From positions 1 to 27,461 of the IMG/VR virus record IMGVR_UViG_3300035666_000134: a DNA stretch of 27,461 nucleotides; one strand, given 5' to 3'. The notes beneath the pieces are model-generated. The model worked only from the letters and a program-made list of their open reading frames with translations, ran no database searches and was not told the DNA's origin. Numbering within the stretch: position 1 is the first letter of the stretch; every line of letters begins with the position of its first letter. Shown one piece after another: positions 18,175 through 27,369 of the stretch. A program made the translations under genes and the position numbers. Source of the stretch: a virus. Its lineage: Duplodnaviria > Caudoviricetes.

Positions 18175-21100
18175 ATGGCTGAAGGTCGTTATGACAGGGT
18201 CATCCGTAATGTAAGAAAGATGATCTCGCAGGGTGCTCCTGAATTTGATATTGATGGGTATCTTGATTCTGAAGGACTTACCCCATCACAATTTAAACGT
18301 ATCGTCGAAGGTCCGACAATTGGCGGACAACTCAAGGAAGCCGTCAAGGGCATAGTGCCTGGAGCGATTGGGCTTGTTGAGCAAGCTGCTGTTGGTGCGT
18401 CTGCGCTCTTACCTGACCAGTATGAAGCTGGTGCACAGGAAGCCATTCGTGGAGTTGCTGCCGCAGCGAAGAAACCATTTGCACCTGAAGCAGGGTACGA
18501 AGAATCGGTAGGTCGTAAGTTTGGTGAAGCGGTAGGTTCGTTTGGACCGTTCTTGGGTTTAGGTGCACTGGGTGTCGCAGGTCGTGTCGGAGCAGGTGCA
18601 CTAGCTACGGGGTCTGGTGCGGGTGAAGCGTTAACACGTGCACAACAAGAAGGTGCGACTCCTGGGCAGCAGTCTCTATCCACAGGACTTGGTGCCGTTG
18701 TGGGTCTGTCTGAACTTATTACACCGTTCAGAATCTTATCGCGCATACCTGAAGGCGAAGTATTAAGCGCGGCTAATCGCATAAAACGTGTCGCACTTGC
18801 CGGTGGAGAAGAAGCTGCACAAGAAGCTGCTGCTGGGTTAGCACAGAACTTAATTGCTCGTGGCGTTTATAAACCTGAACAACAACTTGTTGAGGGGCTA
18901 GGCGAACAGGCTGCATATGGTGGTGCGGTTGGTGCGTTGGCACAAGGTCTTTTAGATGTTGCACTTGGACGTAGAGCTAAAACTGCGGCTACACCGGCAC
19001 AACCCACTACCCCTGCGGTAGAAGAACAAGCAACTACGGCAGCGGTTACGCAACCTGCTGCACCTACAACATTTGCCCCCGTACGCGGTGTACCAGAGAC
19101 TGCTACACAGCAAGACCTCTTTACAGAAGAAAACATTCAGCGCACCGCACAATCAACACGTGATGCTCAGGACCGTCTGTTTAAGTTGAGAGATGAATTT
19201 GATCTTTATCAGCGAGAGAACGAAAGACTTGCGGCAGCTTATGAACGTGAAACTGATCCTACTAAAAAGCAGCAGATCTACGATCAAGCAGTAGCACTTG
19301 CAAAGCCACTCAGCGAACTAAAGACTCAGATCGAAGCTGTAAAAGGTACGCTTGGTGCAGCGGAAGGTGCACGCCCTGGCACTGGAGAACCGCAGCTAGA
19401 TTTTGAAGCTCCGTTGCCTAGTATCGGTGATCGCGTTGGACAAGTTACTAAGACTGAGTACCGACCAGATACAGGGGCGGTTATTGGCGAAGAAGCCGCA
19501 GCTCCACGTTTGAACGAGCAGCAACAGCGCATGCTGGAAGAACAGCGTGTGCAAGGTATTCGTGACAAGATCGCAGCAGGAGAACCCGTAACCCAAGCGG
19601 ACATGATGCGGGTTAAGTTCTTAGAGCGTGATCAGTATCAAGAGGAAGCAGCTAAACCGACCCCTGAGTTAGACCTATCGCAGCAAAAAGTAACTAGGTT
19701 TCCATTAACGCTTCAGCGCACGGACATCGAGCAGCAGAAGATGAAAGTGCAGGAGCAACCTGCTGCACCAGAAACTCGTCCTGTGACAGAACAGGACTTT
19801 CGTACGATGGGAGTTGCTGCAACTAACAAGAAGTTACGCAGTGAGTTGTTAGGTAAAGATTTATCTAACCCCGAAGATCGTAGGTTTGTGAAGGAGCGTC
19901 TTGAGGCTTTTGCTTCAGACCCTAATCGTAGTCCTGGCATTGTTAAGAAGGTTGAGAACTTTTTAGATAGTCCTATATTCTTTGAGCAGATGGAGTTACC
20001 GTTAGCTCCGAGGAGAAAACAACGTGTCAAACAACCTAAGCAACCTGTCGCCGGAGCAAGTCAGCCAAGCGTTCCTGTACCTGACCAAGGAGCTGCCGTC
20101 GCTGCCCCCGGACCTGAAGCACCTGTCACAACTGGAGTGGGCGAACCTGCATTACGCGCTGAGCCACGTGATGTGGCAGAAGGAAAACAGCCCGCTCCAG
20201 TAAATCCTGAAGTAGAAACCCTTCGTAAGCAATATCAGCGCAGGGTGGAGAAGGGAACAATGGAGCTTGCTGATGCTAAGCCCATCGAAGATTTGTTGGC
20301 GAATCCAACACCGGAAAACATCAATCAAGCGCGTCAGATCCTAAAGGGCACTGCCACCGTAGGAGAAGGAGTTGTCGCGGGAGTTGCGCTTACTCCTGAA
20401 GAACAACGTGCGTTAGATAAAGAAGCAAAAGCTACAGTACGTAGAGAAGGCGCGGGGACAGTAAAAATTCCTGGCACGTTGTACCGCACGCAAAGGTCTG
20501 AAGAACAAGCTGCGGGTATGGACCCTGCAATCGTTGAAGATTATGTTGCTCAAATTGTAGACGGTTGGAAAAACGCGCCTGTCATTGATGTTGTCAATAC
20601 ACCTGCCGACTTACCAAAGCGGTTACGTGAAGGCACGGATATTCAGCCTGGGTTGTTTGATCCTGTCACGGGGCGTGTGTTCGTTATCGCGTCTAATCTT
20701 AAAAACGAATTAGACCTTTTCCAAACAGTTTTGCATGAAACCGTAGGGCACTACGGTATGCGTTCGCTTCTTGGGGATAGCTACACCCGAGTAATGAACA
20801 ACCTGTACAACGGCAACGAAAAGGTACGGGAAGCTGCAAAAGAAAAGATGGAGGCAAACTCCAAACTAACCAAAGAAGTAGCGGTTGAAGAGTTTTTAGC
20901 TGAAGTCGCAGAGAGGAACATTAAGCCAAATCCAAGCAAAGCTGACAAGAGCCTTGGCAATCAGATCGTTAGGTTCTTCCGTAATGCGCTTAGAAAGTTG
21001 TTTGGTAAAAAAGCAGACTTGATCTCTGATACAGAGGTGCTGGATATCGTTGCTGAAGCTCGGATGTTTGTGCAAACGGGCACCCCTACGCAAGGTTATA

Positions 21101-24100
21101 AAAATGTTTCAGATAGAGAAGTGCCGCTTTACCGTACCCCAGAAACAAGTGCGTTCAAAAAATGGTTTGGTGATAGCAAGATAGTTGACAAAGACGGGAA
21201 GCCGTTAGTTTTATATCGTGGAATACAAGGCGATGCGGAGGGGGCACTCAATGCTGAGCCAAGAGGGAAGTACAACGTTTTTGCATCGGATAGCCCAGAC
21301 GTTGCTGCCTCATATGGTATGCCAGACGAAACTTTCGGGACTCCCGGTTCTATCCTTCCGATATACGTCAAGGCAGATAAACTAATTGAGTTCCCCGTAA
21401 CTGTAGACCGATACGGTTCACGTAGTTTTGACAAGATAGAGTTTGACCGCCGCGCTAGACTCCTTGCCCCTGGCGAAGTTCTTGTAGCCAGACAGGTAGT
21501 TGATATCGGGCCTATGTCTCGTGAAGCGTATGCGGTAGATAAGGAAAAAAAGTACTCCTACTATAGTGATGTCTACGCACTTGGCAGGGGAACTTCAGTT
21601 AAATCCGCCGTTGGCAACCGAGGAACGTTCGACCCCACAAGTCAAGATATCCTTTATCGCACTCCAACACCCGCACTAACAGCAGCGGGGCAGCAAGCAC
21701 AAGCAGCGGTAGCTGCTATGGCAGGTATAACAAATGCCAAGCCCAAGGGTCCGCAGATGTCTACGCTTCAAAAAGTTGGAGCGTTCTTCCAAGACCCTGC
21801 ATACCGTCAAGAGCAGATCGATAAGTTCCGTGTGCAGGTAGCGTATAAGGGTGCGGCTGCTGAGTCGAAGCTCGCCATGCTCAACCAGTACAACGGCAAG
21901 ATCCGTGATGCGTTAGGTAACATTCGTCCTGATGTGTTTATGACTGCTGCGGAACATGCCGATACGATGGCTGTTGCCGTGATGAAGGATGGCAAGTTAA
22001 AGCTTGATCCGAAGGTGGGCTGGGTTGCAGAGAAGGGCACTGCTTCCTTCCAAGGTGTTATCGATAAGATCAAGGATCTTGGCACCAAGCTAGGCGATCA
22101 GCAGCTCGCGTTTAAATTAGCAAACGATGCGTTTATTGCTCGTCGTGCGAACTACTTCAAACAGCACCCGCAACTTGGTATCTCTGGCTTACCTGATGAT
22201 GCAAAGATCAAAGCAGGTATGCAAGCCTTCAAAGACTTCCCTGAGTTAGAAGCTGCGTTCAAAGAGTTCACCACATTTAAGAACAACTTGATTGATGCGG
22301 GTGTCGATGCAGGACGCTTTAGTAAAGAGCAAGCTGCCGAGTGGAAAGAAGCTGCGGACTATGTACCGTGGAACCGTATCAAAGATTATGAGGACAAGAT
22401 TGCTACAAGTCCTCAAGCGTACTTCCGTGGGTTGACCAACCTCAAGCAGATGAAAGAGATCCGAGGCGGCACCGACGAGATCAACGACATCTTTGACAAC
22501 ATGGTGGGCCTGTCCTTCTGGCTTGTTAACGGTGCGATACGCAACCATGCTGCGGTGCAACTTACTGACGCATTTGTATCCAACGGGTTAGGTGCGCGGC
22601 AGGTACGCCAAGGACAGCCTGGAGTTGACCCCAACAAGACAATCTATATCTACCGCGATGGCAAGCCTGAAGTCTATGAGTACGAGTCGATAGCAGATGT
22701 TTATGCGTTCAAGGGTGTGGAAAGCATGGGGGGTCCGATCCTCAGCAGCTTCACTGCGTTCGCTAACATCTTACGGCGCACGACCACAGCTACTCCTCAG
22801 TTCGCAGCAAGTCAGTTATTCCAAGATGCGTATCGCGCCACGGTGACATCAGGCGTGAAGAATCCGTTTGAGGTTGCTGCCAAAGTCTTAACAGGTGCAG
22901 TGGGTGCGTACCGTGGGGATGCCACGACACAGCAGCTTGAGAAGTTTGGGATTGTGGGCGCATATGACCTGATGCCTGGACGTGCCAAGGATGAGATCGA
23001 GAAAGAGTTTGGGATTCGGCAGCGGTCTGTGCTTGAGAAGGGGCTGTCGTTCATGGAGTCATTCTCCATCGCCTCTGATGCCTCGTTGCGTAAAGCAGTC
23101 TTTGAGCAGACGTTAGAAGAAACTAAGTCGCCGCAGTTCCCCGATGGTGACGTGCTGCTTGCACGGTATCGCGCTCAAGAAGTTATCAACTTCAAACGGC
23201 AAGGTGCAAACCGGACGGTGGGTCTAATGCGCCAACTCATTCCGTTTATGAACGCCTACATCCAAGGTATGGATGTGTTCTACCGCACAATGACCGGACG
23301 TGGGGTTGCAGCTACCGAGCGTAGCGAAGCCTTTAAGATGTTCCTTGGTACAGGTGTGAAACTTGCCACGCTTGCCACGATCTATACGATGTTGGTGGGT
23401 GGTGATGATGAGTACGAAGGGCTGCGCGATTATGAGAAGGACAAAAACTTTATCGTGCCGGGGACAGGAGTAAAGATACCAGTTGCTCCTGAAGTTGGGT
23501 TCTTCTTCAAAGTTATCCCCGAGCGCATATACAACTACGTCGCTAGCCAAGGCACCGAACGTCCGCAGGATGCGGCGGCACTACGCAAGGCTATCGGCAC
23601 CGCTGCATTTGATGCGTTTAGTGGACCTAACTTGACACCCCAAGCTGTCAAGCCTGCGCTTGAGTTGCTGGTGAACTACTCGTTCTTTACAGGCACACCG
23701 ATAGTTGGACGGGGGCTGGAGAAGTTAGAACCTGCACAGCAGTTCACAGACTCGACCTCTGAGATTGCAAAGATGATTGGCGGTCTGGCTGGCATCTCCC
23801 CAATGAAGCTTGAGTATTTTGTGCGGGGCACCACGGGTATTGCAGGTGGCACGGTGCTGGATCTGTCGAACATGTTGTTCACTGATAGGCCCGACAAGCG
23901 GCTGTATGAGATGCCTGCCTTTAAGACGTTTATGTATGACAAGATCCCAGGCGGGTACAAAGAGCAGTACTACGATTTGCGGGAGAAAGTTGAGCAGGTG
24001 GTCTACACCATGAACGGGTTAAAGGCTCAGGGACGTGCAGAAGAATTGCAGGAATACCTGAACGATGACCGTGTCAATCTGCTTGCCTTGCGGCGGTCCA

Positions 24101-24279
24101 TGAACCAAATCGATCAGCAGTTGGAGAAAATGCGAGCTTTTCGCAAGCTAATCTCTAACGACCCAACCATGACGGGTGCTGAGAAGAAAGATCGGTTGGA
24201 TGAGATTGAACGGACGGAGAATGAGTTACTCCGTGCCTACAATATTCCAGCGTTACGCAAAGAAGTAGCAGGGCTTTAA
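18175..24279 (+). CDS. Large polyvalent (probably injected) protein: hydrophobic N-region, metallopeptidase-like, ADP-ribosyltransferase-like and LPD38-like domains
   Basis: 2034 aa. LHETVGHYG...EEFLAEVAE (His/Glu codons 20734-20751); AFKKWFGDSKIVDKDGKPLVLYRG...KSAVGNRGTFDP (21139-21636); C-terminal INFKRQG..LIPFMNAYIQG and NYSFFTGTPIV..SPMKLEYFVRG patterns typical of LPD38-like regions. Confidence 0.8.
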   Translation: MAEGRYDRVIRNVRKMISQGAPEFDIDGYLDSEGLTPSQFKRIVEGPTIGGQLKEAVKGIVPGAIGLVEQAAVGASALLPDQYEAGAQEAIRGVAAAAKKPFAPEAGYEESVGRKFGEAVGSFGPFLGLGALGVAGRVGAGALATGSGAGEALTRAQQEGATPGQQSLSTGLGAVVGLSELITPFRILSRIPEGEVLSAANRIKRVALAGGEEAAQEAAAGLAQNLIARGVYKPEQQLVEGLGEQAAYGGAVGALAQGLLDVALGRRAKTAATPAQPTTPAVEEQATTAAVTQPAAPTTFAPVRGVPETATQQDLFTEENIQRTAQSTRDAQDRLFKLRDEFDLYQRENERLAAAYERETDPTKKQQIYDQAVALAKPLSELKTQIEAVKGTLGAAEGARPGTGEPQLDFEAPLPSIGDRVGQVTKTEYRPDTGAVIGEEAAAPRLNEQQQRMLEEQRVQGIRDKIAAGEPVTQADMMRVKFLERDQYQEEAAKPTPELDLSQQKVTRFPLTLQRTDIEQQKMKVQEQPAAPETRPVTEQDFRTMGVAATNKKLRSELLGKDLSNPEDRRFVKERLEAFASDPNRSPGIVKKVENFLDSPIFFEQMELPLAPRRKQRVKQPKQPVAGASQPSVPVPDQGAAVAAPGPEAPVTTGVGEPALRAEPRDVAEGKQPAPVNPEVETLRKQYQRRVEKGTMELADAKPIEDLLANPTPENINQARQILKGTATVGEGVVAGVALTPEEQRALDKEAKATVRREGAGTVKIPGTLYRTQRSEEQAAGMDPAIVEDYVAQIVDGWKNAPVIDVVNTPADLPKRLREGTDIQPGLFDPVTGRVFVIASNLKNELDLFQTVLHETVGHYGMRSLLGDSYTRVMNNLYNGNEKVREAAKEKMEANSKLTKEVAVEEFLAEVAERNIKPNPSKADKSLGNQIVRFFRNALRKLFGKKADLISDTEVLDIVAEARMFVQTGTPTQGYKNVSDREVPLYRTPETSAFKKWFGDSKIVDKDGKPLVLYRGIQGDAEGALNAEPRGKYNVFASDSPDVAASYGMPDETFGTPGSILPIYVKADKLIEFPVTVDRYGSRSFDKIEFDRRARLLAPGEVLVARQVVDIGPMSREAYAVDKEKKYSYYSDVYALGRGTSVKSAVGNRGTFDPTSQDILYRTPTPALTAAGQQAQAAVAAMAGITNAKPKGPQMSTLQKVGAFFQDPAYRQEQIDKFRVQVAYKGAAAESKLAMLNQYNGKIRDALGNIRPDVFMTAAEHADTMAVAVMKDGKLKLDPKVGWVAEKGTASFQGVIDKIKDLGTKLGDQQLAFKLANDAFIARRANYFKQHPQLGISGLPDDAKIKAGMQAFKDFPELEAAFKEFTTFKNNLIDAGVDAGRFSKEQAAEWKEAADYVPWNRIKDYEDKIATSPQAYFRGLTNLKQMKEIRGGTDEINDIFDNMVGLSFWLVNGAIRNHAAVQLTDAFVSNGLGARQVRQGQPGVDPNKTIYIYRDGKPEVYEYESIADVYAFKGVESMGGPILSSFTAFANILRRTTTATPQFAASQLFQDAYRATVTSGVKNPFEVAAKVLTGAVGAYRGDATTQQLEKFGIVGAYDLMPGRAKDEIEKEFGIRQRSVLEKGLSFMESFSIASDASLRKAVFEQTLEETKSPQFPDGDVLLARYRAQEVINFKRQGANRTVGLMRQLIPFMNAYIQGMDVFYRTMTGRGVAATERSEAFKMFLGTGVKLATLATIYTMLVGGDDEYEGLRDYEKDKNFIVPGTGVKIPVAPEVGFFFKVIPERIYNYVASQGTERPQDAAALRKAIGTAAFDAFSGPNLTPQAVKPALELLVNYSFFTGTPIVGRGLEKLEPAQQFTDSTSEIAKMIGGLAGISPMKLEYFVRGTTGIAGGTVLDLSNMLFTDRPDKRLYEMPAFKTFMYDKIPGGYKEQYYDLREKVEQVVYTMNGLKAQGRAEELQEYLNDDRVNLLALRRSMNQIDQQLEKMRAFRKLISNDPTMTGAEKKDRLDEIERTENELLRAYNIPALRKEVAGL
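20024..20203 (+). CDS. Candidate nested (+1 frame) small protein, 59 aa
   Basis: AGGAG at 20011-20015, 8-nt spacer, GTG at 20024, TAA at 20201-20203: MSNNLSNLSPEQVSQAFLYLTKELPSLPPDLKHLSQLEWANLHYALSHVMWQKENSPLQ. It is one residue shorter than the smallest ORFs in the supplied track. Confidence 0.6.
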   Translation: MSNNLSNLSPEQVSQAFLYLTKELPSLPPDLKHLSQLEWANLHYALSHVMWQKENSPLQ

Positions 24280-24303
24280 AAAAACCCCGGCAGAGGGCCG
24301 GGG
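24278..24303 (-). terminator. Rho-independent terminator for minus-strand transcripts
   Basis: 7-bp GC stem CCCCGGC/GCCGGGG (24285-24291/24297-24303), 5-nt loop, followed on the - strand by T7 (A-run 24278-24284). Confidence 0.88.
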
Positions 24304-24351
24304 ACAACCTAGCACTAATTGGGAGGAGCGCCAGGAGAGTGAAGAATTCCG
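24278..24351 (-). ncRNA. Candidate ~75-nt small RNA with anti-Shine-Dalgarno tracts
   Basis: Lies between a sigma70-like promoter and the terminator. Contains CUCUCCU and CUCCUCCC, and no convincing ORF. Confidence 0.45.
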
Positions 24352-24356
24352 AGCGG

Positions 24357-24386
24357 ACTATATCACTTTATCCGCCAACAGCGCAA
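24357..24386 (-). promoter_or_regulatory. Sigma70-like promoter
   Basis: On the - strand: TTGCGC (24386-24381), 18-nt spacer, extended -10 TG-A-TATAGT (24365-24357). Confidence 0.55.
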
Positions 24387-24563
24387 TCCATACATACCAC
24401 GCTCGATAACTTGTTTACATACAAGCTGATATCTAAAACGAGCTGCATCCCATCGCACTCTTTCTTCTATTTCTTCGGTGTTTAGACAAGGGATAAAGAA
24501 AGACATCCCGATCTCAAACGTTGACCAAGGGACTGTCATCGTCACGTCTAAGACTTTTATCAA
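24363..24563 (-). CDS. Small phage protein (possible nucleic-acid binding)
   Basis: TTG start preceded by a strong GAGGAGGT SD. W..FEIGMSFFIPC...G.RCWR pattern. Overlaps the primase 3' end. Confidence 0.8.
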   Translation of the reverse strand: MIKVLDVTMTVPWSTFEIGMSFFIPCLNTEEIEERVRWDAARFRYQLVCKQVIERGMYGLRCWRIK

Positions 24564-27369
24564 GGATCACCTCCTCTGAGAACACGTTGAGTTTCGAGCT
24601 ATCAAACTCTAGTGCGTTGACTGCGCTAGCATCACTAGCAATCGTGCCTTTAAGCATGCGCTTGCGCTTGATGCCTAAGAGTGAGCCGTTCTTTTTGTAG
24701 GGCTGCAACGATCCGTCGAAGTCAATATAGTCTTTGGATACTGCTGCACGCCAGTCTCGCACATCGATGTATATACGTTTGGTATCTGGCTCGTATCGCA
24801 CCACGACCTTGCCCTTGGGTTCCCGCAAAGGAGCAACTGCAATCCCTGTGCGTTTGTCTGCCTCGTTGTTGATAACAAGTATGTCGTGGTAATGCTGCTG
24901 CAAGAACCCACCCAGATAGTCATTGACGTGTGAGAACTCTTCACGGTTCTGCTCGCGGGTGCGCTTCACAAGATCTACTGCGTGTTTAAAGACAGGCTCA
25001 ACAGCGATGTCGTGCAGTCCTAAGTTCTTGGCAATGATGCCGCCCGTAATCGCAATCGCTATACCGGCAGACCAGAAGCGTTCTGTGTTAACGATGTTGG
25101 CTGCTTTATCTAGCTTCTCGTTGATCCGGTTTAGCAGTTCAATAACGGTAGGTAAGTTCATAGCGATATACCGGATGTAAGGGTCTATCGCATGTCCGTA
25201 GTTGTTTGTCAGTCTGCCAAAGTGAGCCTTAGACCACGTTGGGTCATCATGCGGATCAGGCAGGATGTAGTCCTCCAGTATGCGTAACAGCTCCGCTTCA
25301 GGAAACGACTTAATAGTTAACAGCGCGTCCTTGATACGCCGGTTGGATGTTGTTACGACGGGGATAGACCACGATACATTGTTTACACGCTCGACGTTTG
25401 CCTTGGAGGACATGCGGTTCTTGCCCTTGCCTGACGTGATGTCATAGACCAGATTCGACATGATCTTGGGTTCCATGTTCGTCAACTCGTCGATTGTCGG
25501 AGTCAAACTCTGCATGACACCTAAGCGTTGTAGCCTGTGATTGTGCGTATCTTTATAAGACAGGAGAAGTTCTTTGGGTCTGCCGTATATGGAGTTGATG
25601 CCATGAAGCAGTGTCGTCTTACCTGAGCCACCCTTCTGACTAATAAGGTTCAGTACAAAGCCATCGAGCATCCCACCACCTACAAACTTCATCAGTGGAC
25701 CACCGAATCCCATGAAGAAAGCAAACGCTCGCTGCTCCATGTTGGGCCTACCCCATGCGTTGATGACATCTTTCCATACGTGGAAGTCGCCCTTCGATTG
25801 CATCATCGGCACGATAGGTAGTGTGGCACTTGTGGGCGGGCTGTAAACCTCTTCGCCTGTTGCGAGAATCTCGCGTTCGCCAATCACAAAGCTGCTGTTG
25901 TCATCGAGCCAACCAAATTGTTTACGTGCAATCTCTGACTTACCAATTGCTTGCAGTTCTTCAACCCACCTTGTGACATACAACATAAGCGCGTCCTGTT
26001 TCTTACCTAGCACTGCCATACCCTGGGCAGCAATCGTGTTAACAAACCGCTCTTTGGAAAGCGCGGCGTTCAAAGGAATCATAAATTCTCTGGTGCCATC
26101 TTTGGGTAGATGGAGGCGCAGCCACAATGTTTCACCTTCTTCGGGATCGTGGATACGCTTCACCACATAGAAATCATATGGGTATATGAGTTCGTCTTCC
26201 TCGTCGGCACTTGATGCCTTGCGATAAATACCACCAACACGCCCCCTAAAGAACGGGAACGGATACTGCGGGATCTGATAAGTCTTTTCTTCTTTTGTTA
26301 TAGGTTCTACAGATACGACAACACGTTCTTCTTCCGTTGCTGCTACCACCTCCCGATCAAGAAGAATAGGCGACGAAACTTTTTGCGGACAATCCGCGCA
26401 TAACGCTGGGTTTTCTTTACGATACCAATCACAGGTGTACGGTCCTTTGGTTTTAGCAGCTTTATCCTTAGTACGTTGTGGGTTGTACTCTGGGTGCTTT
26501 TTGGACAGTAGCTGGATAGCCTTTTCACCATCGACGCACCGTAACGCTACGGACAACGCACCACGCCATAAGGGTTCTGCTAGGGTTTCTTGATTCTCGT
26601 AGGCGTATGCGATCTGAGCGCACCCTTCACCATTGAGAGACTTTATTAATATGTTCTTGAACTTAGACTGATAGTTCCCCATGAGTGCCATCGTCGTTGC
26701 GTCCATCTGACGCACGAAGGGCTTTTCTCCAGGGATGTCAAGGATTGACTCAACTGTAGCTAGTTGATCTTCAAAGTCTTCAAAGTTAATACGCTTGCCC
26801 CACATCAGCACGGTCACAGCTTGTGGGCTGTCGGGGTTTTTAAAGTTCAGTGTTTCTGGGATTCGCAGGATACGTGCTGTATCTGCTGTTACTGCGGGGT
26901 CTGCGAAAAGCCCGTGCGTATTGCACAGTGCCTTGAGTCCTTCTGCTTTGGGCTTCCATGTTGCTGCGCTCAGCGGTCTGTCAGCCACCCAGTACACGTG
27001 CAGTCCACGTCCTGAGTTAATGACTGCTGTAGGCTTAGGAAGTTTTGCTTGCTTTACAAACGCTTTGAGCGCGTTCAGTCCTTCGGTTTGATCTTCGTAT
27101 TTTTTACCTGCGCCACAATCGATGTCTAGATACAGTGATCCAAGCTCTTTAACGTTTGTACCTTTGCGCCCCTCCTTGGCATTGTTGTATGAAGCTGTTG
27201 CGAAGTATGCGTCGTAACCATCATGAACCAGCACATCTGCTTGGTCTGACAACTCCTCAATGGTATCGACGAATATTTGTTTTGGTGATCTGTCGCTGTG
27301 TAATCCCACCGCACAGTATGGCCCCGTTGGGGGAAGCACTGCCGCTAGGAAGTCATTCCTTGAAAACAT
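24514..27369 (-). CDS. Primase-helicase fusion (RepB/AEP-like primase, Cys-rich accessory domain, DUF927-like P-loop helicase)
   Basis: YLDIDCG, NSGRGLHVYW and DTARILRIP primase motifs; C...CADC cluster; Walker A GGSGKTT and Walker B PTIDE. Confidence 0.88.
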   Translation of the reverse strand: MFSRNDFLAAVLPPTGPYCAVGLHSDRSPKQIFVDTIEELSDQADVLVHDGYDAYFATASYNNAKEGRKGTNVKELGSLYLDIDCGAGKKYEDQTEGLNALKAFVKQAKLPKPTAVINSGRGLHVYWVADRPLSAATWKPKAEGLKALCNTHGLFADPAVTADTARILRIPETLNFKNPDSPQAVTVLMWGKRINFEDFEDQLATVESILDIPGEKPFVRQMDATTMALMGNYQSKFKNILIKSLNGEGCAQIAYAYENQETLAEPLWRGALSVALRCVDGEKAIQLLSKKHPEYNPQRTKDKAAKTKGPYTCDWYRKENPALCADCPQKVSSPILLDREVVAATEEERVVVSVEPITKEEKTYQIPQYPFPFFRGRVGGIYRKASSADEEDELIYPYDFYVVKRIHDPEEGETLWLRLHLPKDGTREFMIPLNAALSKERFVNTIAAQGMAVLGKKQDALMLYVTRWVEELQAIGKSEIARKQFGWLDDNSSFVIGEREILATGEEVYSPPTSATLPIVPMMQSKGDFHVWKDVINAWGRPNMEQRAFAFFMGFGGPLMKFVGGGMLDGFVLNLISQKGGSGKTTLLHGINSIYGRPKELLLSYKDTHNHRLQRLGVMQSLTPTIDELTNMEPKIMSNLVYDITSGKGKNRMSSKANVERVNNVSWSIPVVTTSNRRIKDALLTIKSFPEAELLRILEDYILPDPHDDPTWSKAHFGRLTNNYGHAIDPYIRYIAMNLPTVIELLNRINEKLDKAANIVNTERFWSAGIAIAITGGIIAKNLGLHDIAVEPVFKHAVDLVKRTREQNREEFSHVNDYLGGFLQQHYHDILVINNEADKRTGIAVAPLREPKGKVVVRYEPDTKRIYIDVRDWRAAVSKDYIDFDGSLQPYKKNGSLLGIKRKRMLKGTIASDASAVNALEFDSSKLNVFSEEVILDKSLRRDDDSPLVNV

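Noticed and set aside
18189-18782. 197-aa minus-strand ORF and the many other antisense ORFs over the late genes
   Set aside because: They mirror the sense codon bias (Pro/Ala/Ser-rich shadows) and show no recognisable motif.
20644-20658. QPGLF as a clamp-binding motif
   Set aside because: It falls on the G-x-F/Y-D-P strand preceding the HExxxH helix of the peptidase domain, so it is probably structural.
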